64,000 nucleotides of DNA, taken from positions 2,457 to 66,456 of the forward strand of contig JAFSLL010000167.1 in the NCBI GenBank assembly GCA_017448455.1. The letters are read 5' to 3'. Positions 13,926-22,577 of the stretch are shown here, piece by piece. The notes under the pieces were generated by a model that saw nothing but the letters and a program-made list of their open reading frames with translations, ran no database searches and was not told where the DNA came from. The first letter of the stretch is position 1. Each line of letters opens with the position of its first letter. The stretch comes from Oscillospiraceae bacterium. GTDB lineage: Bacteria; Bacillota; Clostridia; Oscillospirales; Oscillospiraceae. The position numbers and the translations under genes are program-made.

Positions 13926-15365
13926 ATGGCGGAGGAAGGCCGGCGGCCGCCCCTGGCGACCGAGGAGGAGGCGGCGCTGTTTCTGACGGCGGTCATGCGC
14001 GGCACGCTCGCCGGCGGGCGGGAAGCGACGGTCGGGGATCGGCTGAAGGCCTGCACCACCCTGCTGCGGCTCTACGAGGAGCGCGGGCCGGGCAGTACGG
14101 CCGGCGAGCGCGAGCAGGCGCTGGCCGCGGCGGCGGAGCGCATCGGCGCGAGCATCGCCCCCGCCTTCGCCCCGGTGCTGGGCGACGTGCTGGCCCACGG
14201 CCACACGCACTACGACATCGCCGGCGGGCGCGGGAGCATGAAGAGCAGCTTTGTGTCGCTGGCGGTGGTGTACCTGCTGCTGCTCCACCCCGAGGCGCAC
14301 GCGCTGGTGCTGCGCAAGGTGGCAAACACGATGCGCGACAGCGTCTACGCGCAGTACCTGTGGGCGCTGGAGCAGCTGGGGGTGGCGGGCTTCTTCGACT
14401 GCCGGGTGAGCCCGATGGAGCTGGTCTTCCGCCCGACCGGGCAGAAGATCCTCTTCCGCGGTGCCGACGACCCGATGAAGATCAAGTCGGTCAAGGCGCC
14501 CTTCGGCAGCATCGCGGTGACGCACTTCGAGGAGAAGGACCAGTTCGCCGGAAGGGCGGAGATCCGGACCATCCTGCAGAGCACGATGCGCGGCGGGGAC
14601 CGGTTCTGGAACTTTGAGAGCTACAACCCGCCGCTCTCCCGGGACAACTGGGCGAATCAGGACTCGGCGCAGGAGCTGCCGGACCGGATGTGCCACCGCA
14701 GCACCTATCTGGACGCGCCCCGCGACTGGCTGGGCGAGCAGTTCTTCCTGGAGGCGGAACGGCTGAAGGAGACGGACGAGCGCGCCTGGCAGCACGAGTA
14801 CATGGGGCTCGCGGTCGGGACCGGCGGCAACGTCTTCGAGCACCTGGAGCTGCGGGAGATCCCAGATGAGGAAGTGCGGCGCTTCGACCGGATCTACATG
14901 GGCGTGGACTGGGGCTTTGCGATGGATCCCTTCGCGTTTATCCGGCTGCACTACGACGCGGCGCGGGAGACGATCTACCTGCTGGACGAGATCTGCGCAG
15001 TGCGCCTGTCCAACGCCGCCGCGGCCGAGCAGATCGCGGCGCGGGGCTACGGGGCCGGCGTCATCACCTGCGACAGCGCCGAGCCGAAGAGCGTGGCGGA
15101 CTTCCGCAGCTTCGGGCTGAACGCCCGGGAGGCGGTGAAGGGGCCGGGGTCGGTGGAGTACGGGATGAAGTGGCTGCAGAGCCGGACCTTTGTGATCGAC
15201 CGGCGGCGCACGCCGCAGGCGGCAAAGGAGTTCGGGAGCTATGAGTTCGAGCGCGACCGGGAGGGGAACTTCATCTCCGCCTACCCGGACCGGAACAACC
15301 ACCTGATCGACGCCACGCGCTACGCGCTCGAGCGTGTCTTCGCAAAATACCGGTCAAGAGCGTAA
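13926..15365 (+). CDS. terL: Phage terminase large subunit (PBSX-like family) with an N-terminal extension of about 90 aa
   Basis: Walker A YDIAGGRGSMKSSF at residues 96-109, then LVLRKVANTMRDSVY...ILFRGADDPMKIKS, typical of PBSX-type TerL. C-terminal nuclease region with NNHLIDATRYALE. GGAGGGAGG RBS. Confidence 0.9.
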   Translation: MAEEGRRPPLATEEEAALFLTAVMRGTLAGGREATVGDRLKACTTLLRLYEERGPGSTAGEREQALAAAAERIGASIAPAFAPVLGDVLAHGHTHYDIAGGRGSMKSSFVSLAVVYLLLLHPEAHALVLRKVANTMRDSVYAQYLWALEQLGVAGFFDCRVSPMELVFRPTGQKILFRGADDPMKIKSVKAPFGSIAVTHFEEKDQFAGRAEIRTILQSTMRGGDRFWNFESYNPPLSRDNWANQDSAQELPDRMCHRSTYLDAPRDWLGEQFFLEAERLKETDERAWQHEYMGLAVGTGGNVFEHLELREIPDEEVRRFDRIYMGVDWGFAMDPFAFIRLHYDAARETIYLLDEICAVRLSNAAAAEQIAARGYGAGVITCDSAEPKSVADFRSFGLNAREAVKGPGSVEYGMKWLQSRTFVIDRRRTPQAAKEFGSYEFERDREGNFISAYPDRNNHLIDATRYALERVFAKYRSRA

Positions 15366-15382
15366 AGGAGGGATGCGAAAGG

Positions 15383-16723
15383 ATGAATCGGAGCGATGTA
15401 TATCTCGCCCTGGCGGCCGAGGGCCTCGCAGGCGGGGAACTGCGCGAGCGCGCCGCGCGGGAGGAGGAGCGGCTGCGGCTGTGGCGCAGCTGGTACGAGG
15501 GGGATGTCCCCCGCTTCCACAGCTACCGCGTATACAACGGGCAGAAGCGCGTGCTCTGCCGCAGGGCGGGACTGGGCATGGCGAAGACCGTGTGCGAGGA
15601 CTGGGCAAACCTCCTCCTGAACGAGCGCGTGCGCATCCGCGCCGACGGGAAGCGGGAACAGCGCTTTCTGGACCGGGTGCTGGAGGACAACGGCTTCTTC
15701 CCGGCGGCCAACCGCCTGCAGGAGCGCAAGGCAGCCCTCGGCACCGCCGCCTATGTGCCGCGGGTGACCGCGGGGAAGCTGCGCATCGACTGCCTCGACG
15801 CGGAGGGGATCTTCCCGCTGAGCTGGGAGAACGAGCAGATCACGGACTGCGCCTTCGCCGCCGGCACCCGCGCGGGCGGGCGGAACCTGCTGTATGTGCA
15901 GGCGCACCGCCGGGTCGGGGGGCTGTACGAGATTGAGAACCTGCTCTTTGCCGTCACGGACACCGGGCTGGAGCGCCTGCCCCTCACGGCGGAAGCGGAC
16001 TTCGCTGCGGTGCCGGACCGGGTGCGCACGGGCAGCGCGGAGCGGAGCTTCGTCATCGACCGGCTGAACATCGTCAACAACCTCGATCCCGGCTCGCCGC
16101 TGGGGCTCTCGGTCTTCGCAAACGCGCTGGATCAGCTGCGGGGTGTGGACGTGGCCTACGACAGCTACGTCAACGAGTTCATCCTGGGCAAGAAGCGCAT
16201 CATGGTCAAGCCCGAGGCGACGAAGGACTTCGACGGGGCGCCGCTCTTCGACGCCGACGAGCTCGCCTTCTACATCCTGCCGGAGGACTCGGGCAACACG
16301 TCCATCATCCGGGAGATCGACATGACACTGCGGACCGAGGAGCACCACGCGGGCATCGAGGACATGCTGAACCTGCTGAGTATGAAGTGCGGGCTCGGCG
16401 AGCGGCGCTACCGCTTCGAGCGCGAGGGCGTGAAGACCGCGACCGAGGTGATCAGCGAACAGAGCAGCCTCTACCGCAGCGTGCACCGGCACGAGCTGCT
16501 GCTGGAGAGCGCGCTGAAGGAGCTGGGGCGGATCCTGCTGCGGATGGGCACCGCCTTCTGCGGCGAGACGCTGGATGAGAAGACCGGGATCACGGTCGAC
16601 TTTGACGACAGCATCTTCGAGGACAGCGGGAGGGACTTCGAGCGCGCCTGCAGGATGCTGGAGCTGGGGGTGCTTACGAAGGAGGAGTTCCGCCAGCGGT
16701 GGCTGGGCACGGTCGGCCGCTGA
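15383..16723 (+). CDS. Phage portal protein (SPP1 Gp6-like)
   Basis: 446 aa, immediately after terL. Pattern ...WRSWYEGDVPRFHSYRVYNG...GMAKTVCEDWANLLLNE is typical of this portal family. Confidence 0.85.
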   Translation: MNRSDVYLALAAEGLAGGELRERAAREEERLRLWRSWYEGDVPRFHSYRVYNGQKRVLCRRAGLGMAKTVCEDWANLLLNERVRIRADGKREQRFLDRVLEDNGFFPAANRLQERKAALGTAAYVPRVTAGKLRIDCLDAEGIFPLSWENEQITDCAFAAGTRAGGRNLLYVQAHRRVGGLYEIENLLFAVTDTGLERLPLTAEADFAAVPDRVRTGSAERSFVIDRLNIVNNLDPGSPLGLSVFANALDQLRGVDVAYDSYVNEFILGKKRIMVKPEATKDFDGAPLFDADELAFYILPEDSGNTSIIREIDMTLRTEEHHAGIEDMLNLLSMKCGLGERRYRFEREGVKTATEVISEQSSLYRSVHRHELLLESALKELGRILLRMGTAFCGETLDEKTGITVDFDDSIFEDSGRDFERACRMLELGVLTKEEFRQRWLGTVGR

Positions 16724-16761
16724 ACGGGAAGAGAACAGAAAAAAGAAAGGAGTACGACCGA

Positions 16762-17193
16762 ATGCAGGAAGAGAGAAGCGTCAGTCTGGCGGCGCTGGAA
16801 GAGGAGATCGCCGCCATGGAGCAGACGGTGGGGGCGCCGGCGGAGAGTCCCGCAGCGGAGAGCGCCGCGGCCCCGACGTCGGAGACCGGACCCGGGGAGG
16901 GCGAAGCCCTGCGCCGGGCGTTGGAGGAGGCCCGGGAGCGCGTCACCCGGCTGGAGCAGGAGCGCATGCTGCTCGGGCGCGGGGTGCCGGAGGAGGACCT
17001 GGACTACTATGTGTTCAAGATCGGGCAGCTGACCGGGCCGGAGAAGGACTTTGCCGCGGCGGCGAAGGAGTTTCTGCGCAGCCACGCGCCCCGCTCCGCC
17101 GCGGTCTTCAGCACCGGGGCCAGCCTCGCGGGAAGGGCCGAGCGGCCGCGGAGCGCGAGTGATGTTATGAACCGACTCATTCGAGGAATTTAA
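16762..17193 (+). CDS. Phage scaffolding protein
   Basis: Lies between the portal and capsid genes. Acidic/Ala-rich, predicted coiled coil. ATG at 16762 with AAAGGAG upstream. The track ORF begins earlier at 16699 and overlaps the portal gene. Confidence 0.65.
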   Translation: MQEERSVSLAALEEEIAAMEQTVGAPAESPAAESAAAPTSETGPGEGEALRRALEEARERVTRLEQERMLLGRGVPEEDLDYYVFKIGQLTGPEKDFAAAAKEFLRSHAPRSAAVFSTGASLAGRAERPRSASDVMNRLIRGI

Positions 17194-17214
17194 TTAACAG
17201 GAGGTATGTGAACA

Positions 17215-18159
17215 ATGGCAACCATGATTACACGACAGAATCTGGCAGGACTGATCCCCGACCCGGTGAGCCGGGAGATCTTCCAGGGCGTGGTGGAGCA
17301 GAGTGCGGTCCTGAAGGCCGGCCGGAAGCTGCCCAACATGACGGCAAAGACCCAGACCATCAACGTGCTGGACATGCTGCCGCTGGCCTACTGGGTGGAC
17401 GGGGACAACGGCTTCAAGCAGACCAGCGCCCAGGCCTGGGACAAGAAGAAGCTCTACGCCGAGGAGCTCGCCGTCATCATCCCGATCCCCGAGGCGATCC
17501 TGGATGACACCAACTACGACATCTGGGGCGAGGTCCGCCCCCGCATTGTGGAGGCGATGGGCCGCAAGATCGACCAGGCCATCCTCTTCGGTACCGGCAA
17601 GCCCTCGACCTGGCGCGACAGCATCGTGGAGACCGCCGTCCATGCCGGGGCGGTGGTAACGGAATCCAGCGATCTCTTCTCGGACATCATGGGCGTGGAC
17701 GGCGTCATCGCCAAGGCGGAGGAATCTGGCTATATGCCCACCGGCATCATGAGCGCGGTCTCCATGCGCGCCAAGCTCCGCGGCCTGACGGACCAGAACG
17801 GGCACCCGATCTTCCTCGCCAATCTCCAGGGCCACGCGAGCTACATGCTCGACGGGCTGGACATGAGCTTCCCGATGAACGGGGCCTGGGACCCGGATGA
17901 GGCCCTGATGATCGTGGGCGACTTCCACCAGTTGGTCTACTCCATCCGGCAGGACATCACCTACAAGATCCTGACCGAGGCGACCATCGTGGATCCGTCC
18001 ACCCGCGCGGTGGTCTACTCGCTGGCGCAGCAGGACATGGTGGCGCTGCGTGCGGTGATGCGCCTGGGCTGGGAGATCCCGAACCCGGTGAGCGCCTACC
18101 GCAGCAACCTGGAGGAGTACAGCCCCTTCGCCGTTTTCAAGGGCGCGCAGACCCCGTGA
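17215..18159 (+). CDS. Phage major capsid protein (HK97-family-like)
   Basis: 314 aa following the scaffold gene. C-terminal pattern ...LMIVGDFHQLVYSIRQDITYKILTEATI...MVALRAVMRLGW is typical of Phage_capsid family proteins. AGGAGG RBS. Confidence 0.85.
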   Translation: MATMITRQNLAGLIPDPVSREIFQGVVEQSAVLKAGRKLPNMTAKTQTINVLDMLPLAYWVDGDNGFKQTSAQAWDKKKLYAEELAVIIPIPEAILDDTNYDIWGEVRPRIVEAMGRKIDQAILFGTGKPSTWRDSIVETAVHAGAVVTESSDLFSDIMGVDGVIAKAEESGYMPTGIMSAVSMRAKLRGLTDQNGHPIFLANLQGHASYMLDGLDMSFPMNGAWDPDEALMIVGDFHQLVYSIRQDITYKILTEATIVDPSTRAVVYSLAQQDMVALRAVMRLGWEIPNPVSAYRSNLEEYSPFAVFKGAQTP

Positions 18160-18171
18160 TCGGCTGAGAAG

Positions 18172-18558
18172 ATGTCGTACGCAAAATTTGAAGACTATAC
18201 CGGCCGCTTCGGCGGCCGGGCGATCCGGACGGAAGAGGACTTTGACCGGCTGGCGCTGCGGGCGGGCCTTGTGCTCGACCGTCTGACCGCCGGGAAAGCG
18301 GCGCGCTACCGCGACACGGAGGGGAAGCTGGCCCTCGCCTGCTGCGCCTTGGCGGAGAAACTGGCCGCGCTGGAGGAGCAGGCGGCGGTGGCCGGCAGCG
18401 GGGCGCTGAAGGCGGAGGCCGTCGGGGACTGGCGGGCGGAATACCGCCGGGTGAGCCTGCGGGAGAGCGGCGCGGAGCTGGCCGCGCTGGCGGAGATGTA
18501 CCTCTTCGGCACGGGCCTGCTGTATCGGGGTGTAATGTGTACTGTCCACATGTGGTGA
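18172..18558 (+). CDS. Phage head-tail connector protein (gp6-like, tentative)
   Basis: 128-aa ORF directly after the capsid gene. Assigned by position and size; weak family recognition. Confidence 0.5.
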   Translation: MSYAKFEDYTGRFGGRAIRTEEDFDRLALRAGLVLDRLTAGKAARYRDTEGKLALACCALAEKLAALEEQAAVAGSGALKAEAVGDWRAEYRRVSLRESGAELAALAEMYLFGTGLLYRGVMCTVHMW

Positions 18559-18989
18559 GCCTGGTCACTGAGCGGGAGGGGGTGCCGTACCTCACGGTCC
18601 TCAGCGGCGTGATGCTGCAGGGCCGGGACGGGCGCGCCTCGCTCAGCCGCGGCGATGAGGAGGAAGCCCGCCTCACGCTGTACATCCCCTTCACGGTGGA
18701 CGCGCGGACGCCGGCGGGGGGAGCCTCGCTCTACCTCCCGCCGCGGGAATGGCTGGGGGCGGAGGACCGCGCGGACTACTGGACCCTGATCCCGGAGGGC
18801 GAGGGCGGCGGGCGCTGCAGCTTCTTCGCGGAGGGGCTGCTCCCGGCGCCCTGCACGCTGGCGGAGGCGCGGCGGAACCGGGAGAATGTCTGGACGGTGG
18901 CCGCGGTCTCGCGCAAGGACTACGGCAGCCCCGCCCTGCGCCACTGGGAGGTCACCACCCGCGTGGCCCACTACTGGAAGAACGGATAG
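18537..18989 (+). CDS. Phage head-tail joining protein (hypothetical)
   Basis: Co-directional ORF with a GTG start. An alternative GTG at 18555 overlaps the upstream stop as GTGA. No family recognised. Confidence 0.45.
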   Translation: MYCPHVVSLVTEREGVPYLTVLSGVMLQGRDGRASLSRGDEEEARLTLYIPFTVDARTPAGGASLYLPPREWLGAEDRADYWTLIPEGEGGGRCSFFAEGLLPAPCTLAEARRNRENVWTVAAVSRKDYGSPALRHWEVTTRVAHYWKNG

Positions 18990-18998
18990 GAGGCGCGC

Positions 18999-19358
18999 AT
19001 GACCCAGCGTGAGATTCTGGACTGGCTGAACCGCTCGCCGGTACTGGGCGGGAGCGGCGTTCACGCGGACTTCCTGCCGAGCTATGAGGGCTGGTCGTTT
19101 ACGGCGGCGGGGCGGAGCACGAGGGACATCCTCGGCAAAGTCCGGACGGAGACCGAGCTGCGCCTTTACCGCCGCGGCACGGCCGTGACGGATGAGGACC
19201 GGCTCCGGCTGCTCGAGGAGCTCGCGGCGCTGGCGGACTGGGCGGTAGCCAACCCGCCGGCGGGAGCGCGGGTGCGCCTGAGCGCCCTGCCGAAGTTCAG
19301 CGGACGCAGCCCCAGCGGCGTGGAGGACATGCACGCGGTGCTGCGGATTATGGAATAG
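18999..19358 (+). CDS. Phage head-tail or tail-completion protein (hypothetical)
   Basis: 119-aa ORF with GGAGG upstream. Positioned between the connector genes and the tail tube gene. Confidence 0.45.
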   Translation: MTQREILDWLNRSPVLGGSGVHADFLPSYEGWSFTAAGRSTRDILGKVRTETELRLYRRGTAVTDEDRLRLLEELAALADWAVANPPAGARVRLSALPKFSGRSPSGVEDMHAVLRIME

Positions 19359-19390
19359 AAATATAAGAATATGGAGGTTGTGAGGACATT

Positions 19391-19915
19391 ATGCCAGATA
19401 TTACATTCAACACGGCGGCGGGGCGGACCATCGCCCGCGAGCTGCTCATCGCCTATCTGAACACCGGGACGGCCGCCGCCCCGGTCTGGAGCCCCATCGG
19501 CCGCCGGGTCGAGGAGAGCTCCACCGAACTGGACTGGGAGTCCGAAACCCTGCGCGACATCCTGGGCGCCACCTACGGCACGCTGAAGAAGCCGAAGATC
19601 ACCCAGACCTTTGAGCCCTGCGACCTCGACGGCGGGGACGCGGGCCTGCTGAAGCTCTGGAACCTGGCGGTGAAGGAGCAGGACGCACAGGCGCTGGCGG
19701 CGCAGGACATGCTGATCGTGCACTTCTACGCCGGGGAGAGCGCCTCGCCCTTCGCCGAGCGCTACGCTTCCTGCATGGTTGAGGTCACGGGCCTCGGCGG
19801 TGAGGGCGGCGGCAACATCGGCATGCCCCTGACCATCACCTACGGCGGCACCCGGACCACGGGCACCGCGACGAAGGACGCGGGAGGCGTGATCAGCTTC
19901 ACGGCAGACACATGA
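19391..19915 (+). CDS. Phage major tail (tube) protein
   Basis: 174 aa, positioned before the chaperone pair and tape measure gene. N-terminal ...ELLIAYLNTGTAAAPVWSPIG resembles siphophage tube proteins. Confidence 0.6.
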   Translation: MPDITFNTAAGRTIARELLIAYLNTGTAAAPVWSPIGRRVEESSTELDWESETLRDILGATYGTLKKPKITQTFEPCDLDGGDAGLLKLWNLAVKEQDAQALAAQDMLIVHFYAGESASPFAERYASCMVEVTGLGGEGGGNIGMPLTITYGGTRTTGTATKDAGGVISFTADT

Positions 19916-20331
19916 GGGAGCTGAAGCTGGACCTGGGCGTGGAGGAGTATGCGCTCTGCGGCCGGGTGACGGTGGCCTTCAACCCGACGGACCTCGGCTT
20001 CCTCGAGAAGCTGACGGAGGTCTACGGGCGGATGGACGCCCTGCAGGAGCGCGTGAACAAAGCGCGGGAGGAGCTGACGGAGGAGAAGGACATTTTCCCC
20101 TTCGCAAGGGACATTGACCGCGAGATGCGCGAGGCGCTGGACGGCCTCTTCGGGAAGGCGGTCTGCGAGCCCCTCTTCGGGAGCATGAACCTCTATGCCT
20201 CCGCCGGGGGCTTCCCGGTCTGGGCAAACCTGCTGCTGGCGGTGACGGAGGAATGCGAGAGCGCGATGAAGGGCGAGCTCAAAAAGCGCGACGAGCGCAT
20301 CGCGAAGTACACGAAAAAGTATTCCGGATGA
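19912..20331 (+). CDS. Phage tail assembly chaperone (gpG-like, tentative)
   Basis: 139-aa acidic protein between the tube and tape measure genes. The -1 frame is open across its last 79 nt into the next ORF. Confidence 0.5.
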   Translation: MRELKLDLGVEEYALCGRVTVAFNPTDLGFLEKLTEVYGRMDALQERVNKAREELTEEKDIFPFARDIDREMREALDGLFGKAVCEPLFGSMNLYASAGGFPVWANLLLAVTEECESAMKGELKKRDERIAKYTKKYSG

Positions 20332-20873
20332 ACACTTTTACCCTCCCCTATTCTGTGAACATAGATGGGCAGGAATACGCGGTGCGGACGGACTACCGCG
20401 TGATCCTGGAGATCCTGATCATGCTGCGGGACCCGGACCTGACGGACGGGGACAAAGAAGAGGCGCTGCTGCGCATGTTCTACCGCGACCGGCCGCCGGA
20501 CCGGAAGAAGGCGGTGAAGGCCTGTCTGGACTTCATCGACCCGAAGCCCGCATCGCGTCCCGGGCCGGAACTGGTAGACTGGGAGTACGACTTCGACCTG
20601 CTGGCGGGACCGGTGAACCGGAATCTGGGCTTTGAGTGCCGGGAGGCGAAGGAGCTGCACTGGCGCACCTTCGTGGGGGCCTTTCTGGAGATCGGGCCGG
20701 AGAGCCTCTTCTCCCGGGTCCTGCGCGTGCGGCACAAGCTGAAAACCGGCAGGAAGCTGGAAAAGCATGAGCGCCAGCTGCTGAACCACAGCCGCGAGCT
20801 CGTCGTGGTCCCCAGCCGCTACAGTGAAGAGGAACAGGAGATTTTAAACGCATGGCAATCACCAAGAATCTGA
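20328..20873 (+). CDS. Bacteriophage Gp15-family protein (tail assembly, gpT-like position)
   Basis: MNTFTLPYSVNIDGQEYAVRTDYRVILEILIMLRDPDL matches the Gp15 family N-terminal pattern. ATGA overlap with the upstream stop. Confidence 0.55.
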   Translation: MNTFTLPYSVNIDGQEYAVRTDYRVILEILIMLRDPDLTDGDKEEALLRMFYRDRPPDRKKAVKACLDFIDPKPASRPGPELVDWEYDFDLLAGPVNRNLGFECREAKELHWRTFVGAFLEIGPESLFSRVLRVRHKLKTGRKLEKHERQLLNHSRELVVVPSRYSEEEQEILNAWQSPRI

Positions 20874-22189
20874 GTTTCATGATCGACCCGGATGCGGAGG
20901 AGGAATACTGGGAGACCGCGGAGGCGCTGAAGGAGCTGGCGAAGCGGTACCGGGAGACGGCGGCCGCCGTGAAGAACGCGACCAAGCAGCTGCTGAAATT
21001 CGATGAGATCAACCGGCTGACCGCCCCGGCGGAAGAAAAAACCTCCTCCGGCAGGTCGAGCTCCGGCAGCAGCTCTTCGAAGAAGAGCAGTACGGCGGGA
21101 ACCACTGCGAAAACAGCGGACGAACAGCCGCAGACCGTGCGGCAGAAGGACACAGGCGGGGCAAAGGAATGGAACCTGCCGCTGCAGCTGGCCTTCAACG
21201 ATGTGCTCTTCAACTGGAAGGACCTCAACTGGGAGAGCATCATGATGAAGCTGGTGGCGGGCCTCGGGATGCTCGCCGGCGGCATGGTGGGTTTCATCCT
21301 CGGCGGACCCACCGGCATGGTGATCGGCATGACGCTGGGGCTGAGCTTCGGCCTGGTGGCAGACTCCATGATCTTCAACTTTGACGGGGAGCTGAGCAAA
21401 GAGGAACTGCTCAAGTCCATCCTGGCCGTGATCCCCGCCTTCGCCGGGGCGGCGATCGGGCTCTTTTTCGGCGGGCCGATCGGGGCCGCCATCGGCCTCA
21501 CGCTCGGCATGATCCTGAGCTTTACGCTGCTGGGCCTCAACTGGGACGAGATTAAGACCGGGCTTAAGCTCTTCGGCCAGGACCTGATCACCAACTTCGA
21601 CCTGCACTGGGGCAACCTCGTCCGCTTCGCCGCGGACAGCTGGAACCGGCTGAAGCAGTGGTGGGGCGGTCTGAAGCTCGGCCTCTTCGACATCAGGCTC
21701 CCGCACCTGCAGGTGCAGTGGGAGGAGCTGGCGGCCAACTCCATCATCACCCGCGTCTTCGGCATCTCGGCCATTCCGCACCTGAGTGTCAGCTGGTACG
21801 CGCGGGGCGGCGTGGTGGACGGCGCCACCATCATCGGGGTCGGGGAACAGGGCGCGGAGGCCATCGTGCCGCTGGAGCGCAACACCGAGTGGATCCGTCG
21901 CGTGGCGCTGGAGCTGAAAGCGCAGCTGGAGGCCCTGGCGCCGGAGAGCGCGCTGCGGCTCTATCCCCTGCCGGCCGCGGCGACCGGCGCGCTGATCCCG
22001 CCCGCGGCGCTGCAGCCGAACCCGGCGGCGGATCTGGAGAGCATGGCCCGCACGATCGCCGAGGCCATCGCCGGGATCGCTCCCCAGCAGCGCGAGGACC
22101 CGGAAATCCGCCTCTACCTCGACGGAAAGCAGATCAGCGATGTCGTCACGCGGTACCAGAGGCGGGGCAACCGTGCGTTAGGAGGCTGA
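20852..22189 (+). CDS. Phage tail tape measure protein (short, 445 aa)
   Basis: Position, an N-terminal coiled coil, central Gly-rich hydrophobic segments (GGMVGFILGGPTGMVIGMTLGL...), and a C-terminal region. Confidence 0.75.
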   Translation: MAITKNLSFMIDPDAEEEYWETAEALKELAKRYRETAAAVKNATKQLLKFDEINRLTAPAEEKTSSGRSSSGSSSSKKSSTAGTTAKTADEQPQTVRQKDTGGAKEWNLPLQLAFNDVLFNWKDLNWESIMMKLVAGLGMLAGGMVGFILGGPTGMVIGMTLGLSFGLVADSMIFNFDGELSKEELLKSILAVIPAFAGAAIGLFFGGPIGAAIGLTLGMILSFTLLGLNWDEIKTGLKLFGQDLITNFDLHWGNLVRFAADSWNRLKQWWGGLKLGLFDIRLPHLQVQWEELAANSIITRVFGISAIPHLSVSWYARGGVVDGATIIGVGEQGAEAIVPLERNTEWIRRVALELKAQLEALAPESALRLYPLPAAATGALIPPAALQPNPAADLESMARTIAEAIAGIAPQQREDPEIRLYLDGKQISDVVTRYQRRGNRALGG

Positions 22190-22193
22190 GGAG

Positions 22194-22565
22194 TTGGCAA
22201 CATTTCGTTTTACCGTCAATAATATTGACCTGCTGCCGTATATCGCCGAGGACGGGATCCGCTGGACCCGCTTCGATGTGGAGGCGCCGGACACCGGCCG
22301 CACGCTGGACGGCAAAATGCATCGCGGCCGGGTCGCCATCAAGACACGGCTGGACATCAGCTGCCGGCCGCTGACGACCGGCGAGGCCATGACCGTCCTG
22401 CGGGCGATTGAACCGGAGTTCGTCACCGTGCGCTACTCCGACCCGGTGGACGGCACCGCCACCAAGACAATGTACTCCAATAACATCCCGGTCACCTGCT
22501 CGGCTGTCTTTGAAAACGGTCAAGCCCTGTGGACAGGGCTGACATTTCCACTCATCGAGCGGTGA
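22194..22565 (+). CDS. Phage distal tail component (hypothetical, small)
   Basis: 123-aa ORF immediately after the tape measure gene. TTG start with GGAGG/GAGGAG upstream. Confidence 0.45.
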   Translation: MATFRFTVNNIDLLPYIAEDGIRWTRFDVEAPDTGRTLDGKMHRGRVAIKTRLDISCRPLTTGEAMTVLRAIEPEFVTVRYSDPVDGTATKTMYSNNIPVTCSAVFENGQALWTGLTFPLIER

Positions 22566-22577
22566 GGAGAATAACTC

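Noticed and set aside
13783-13986. 67-aa ORF upstream of terL as a possible small terminase
   Set aside because: It is too short and Arg-rich. It spans the terminator hairpin, overlaps the terL start, and has no HTH-like or oligomerisation-like sequence.
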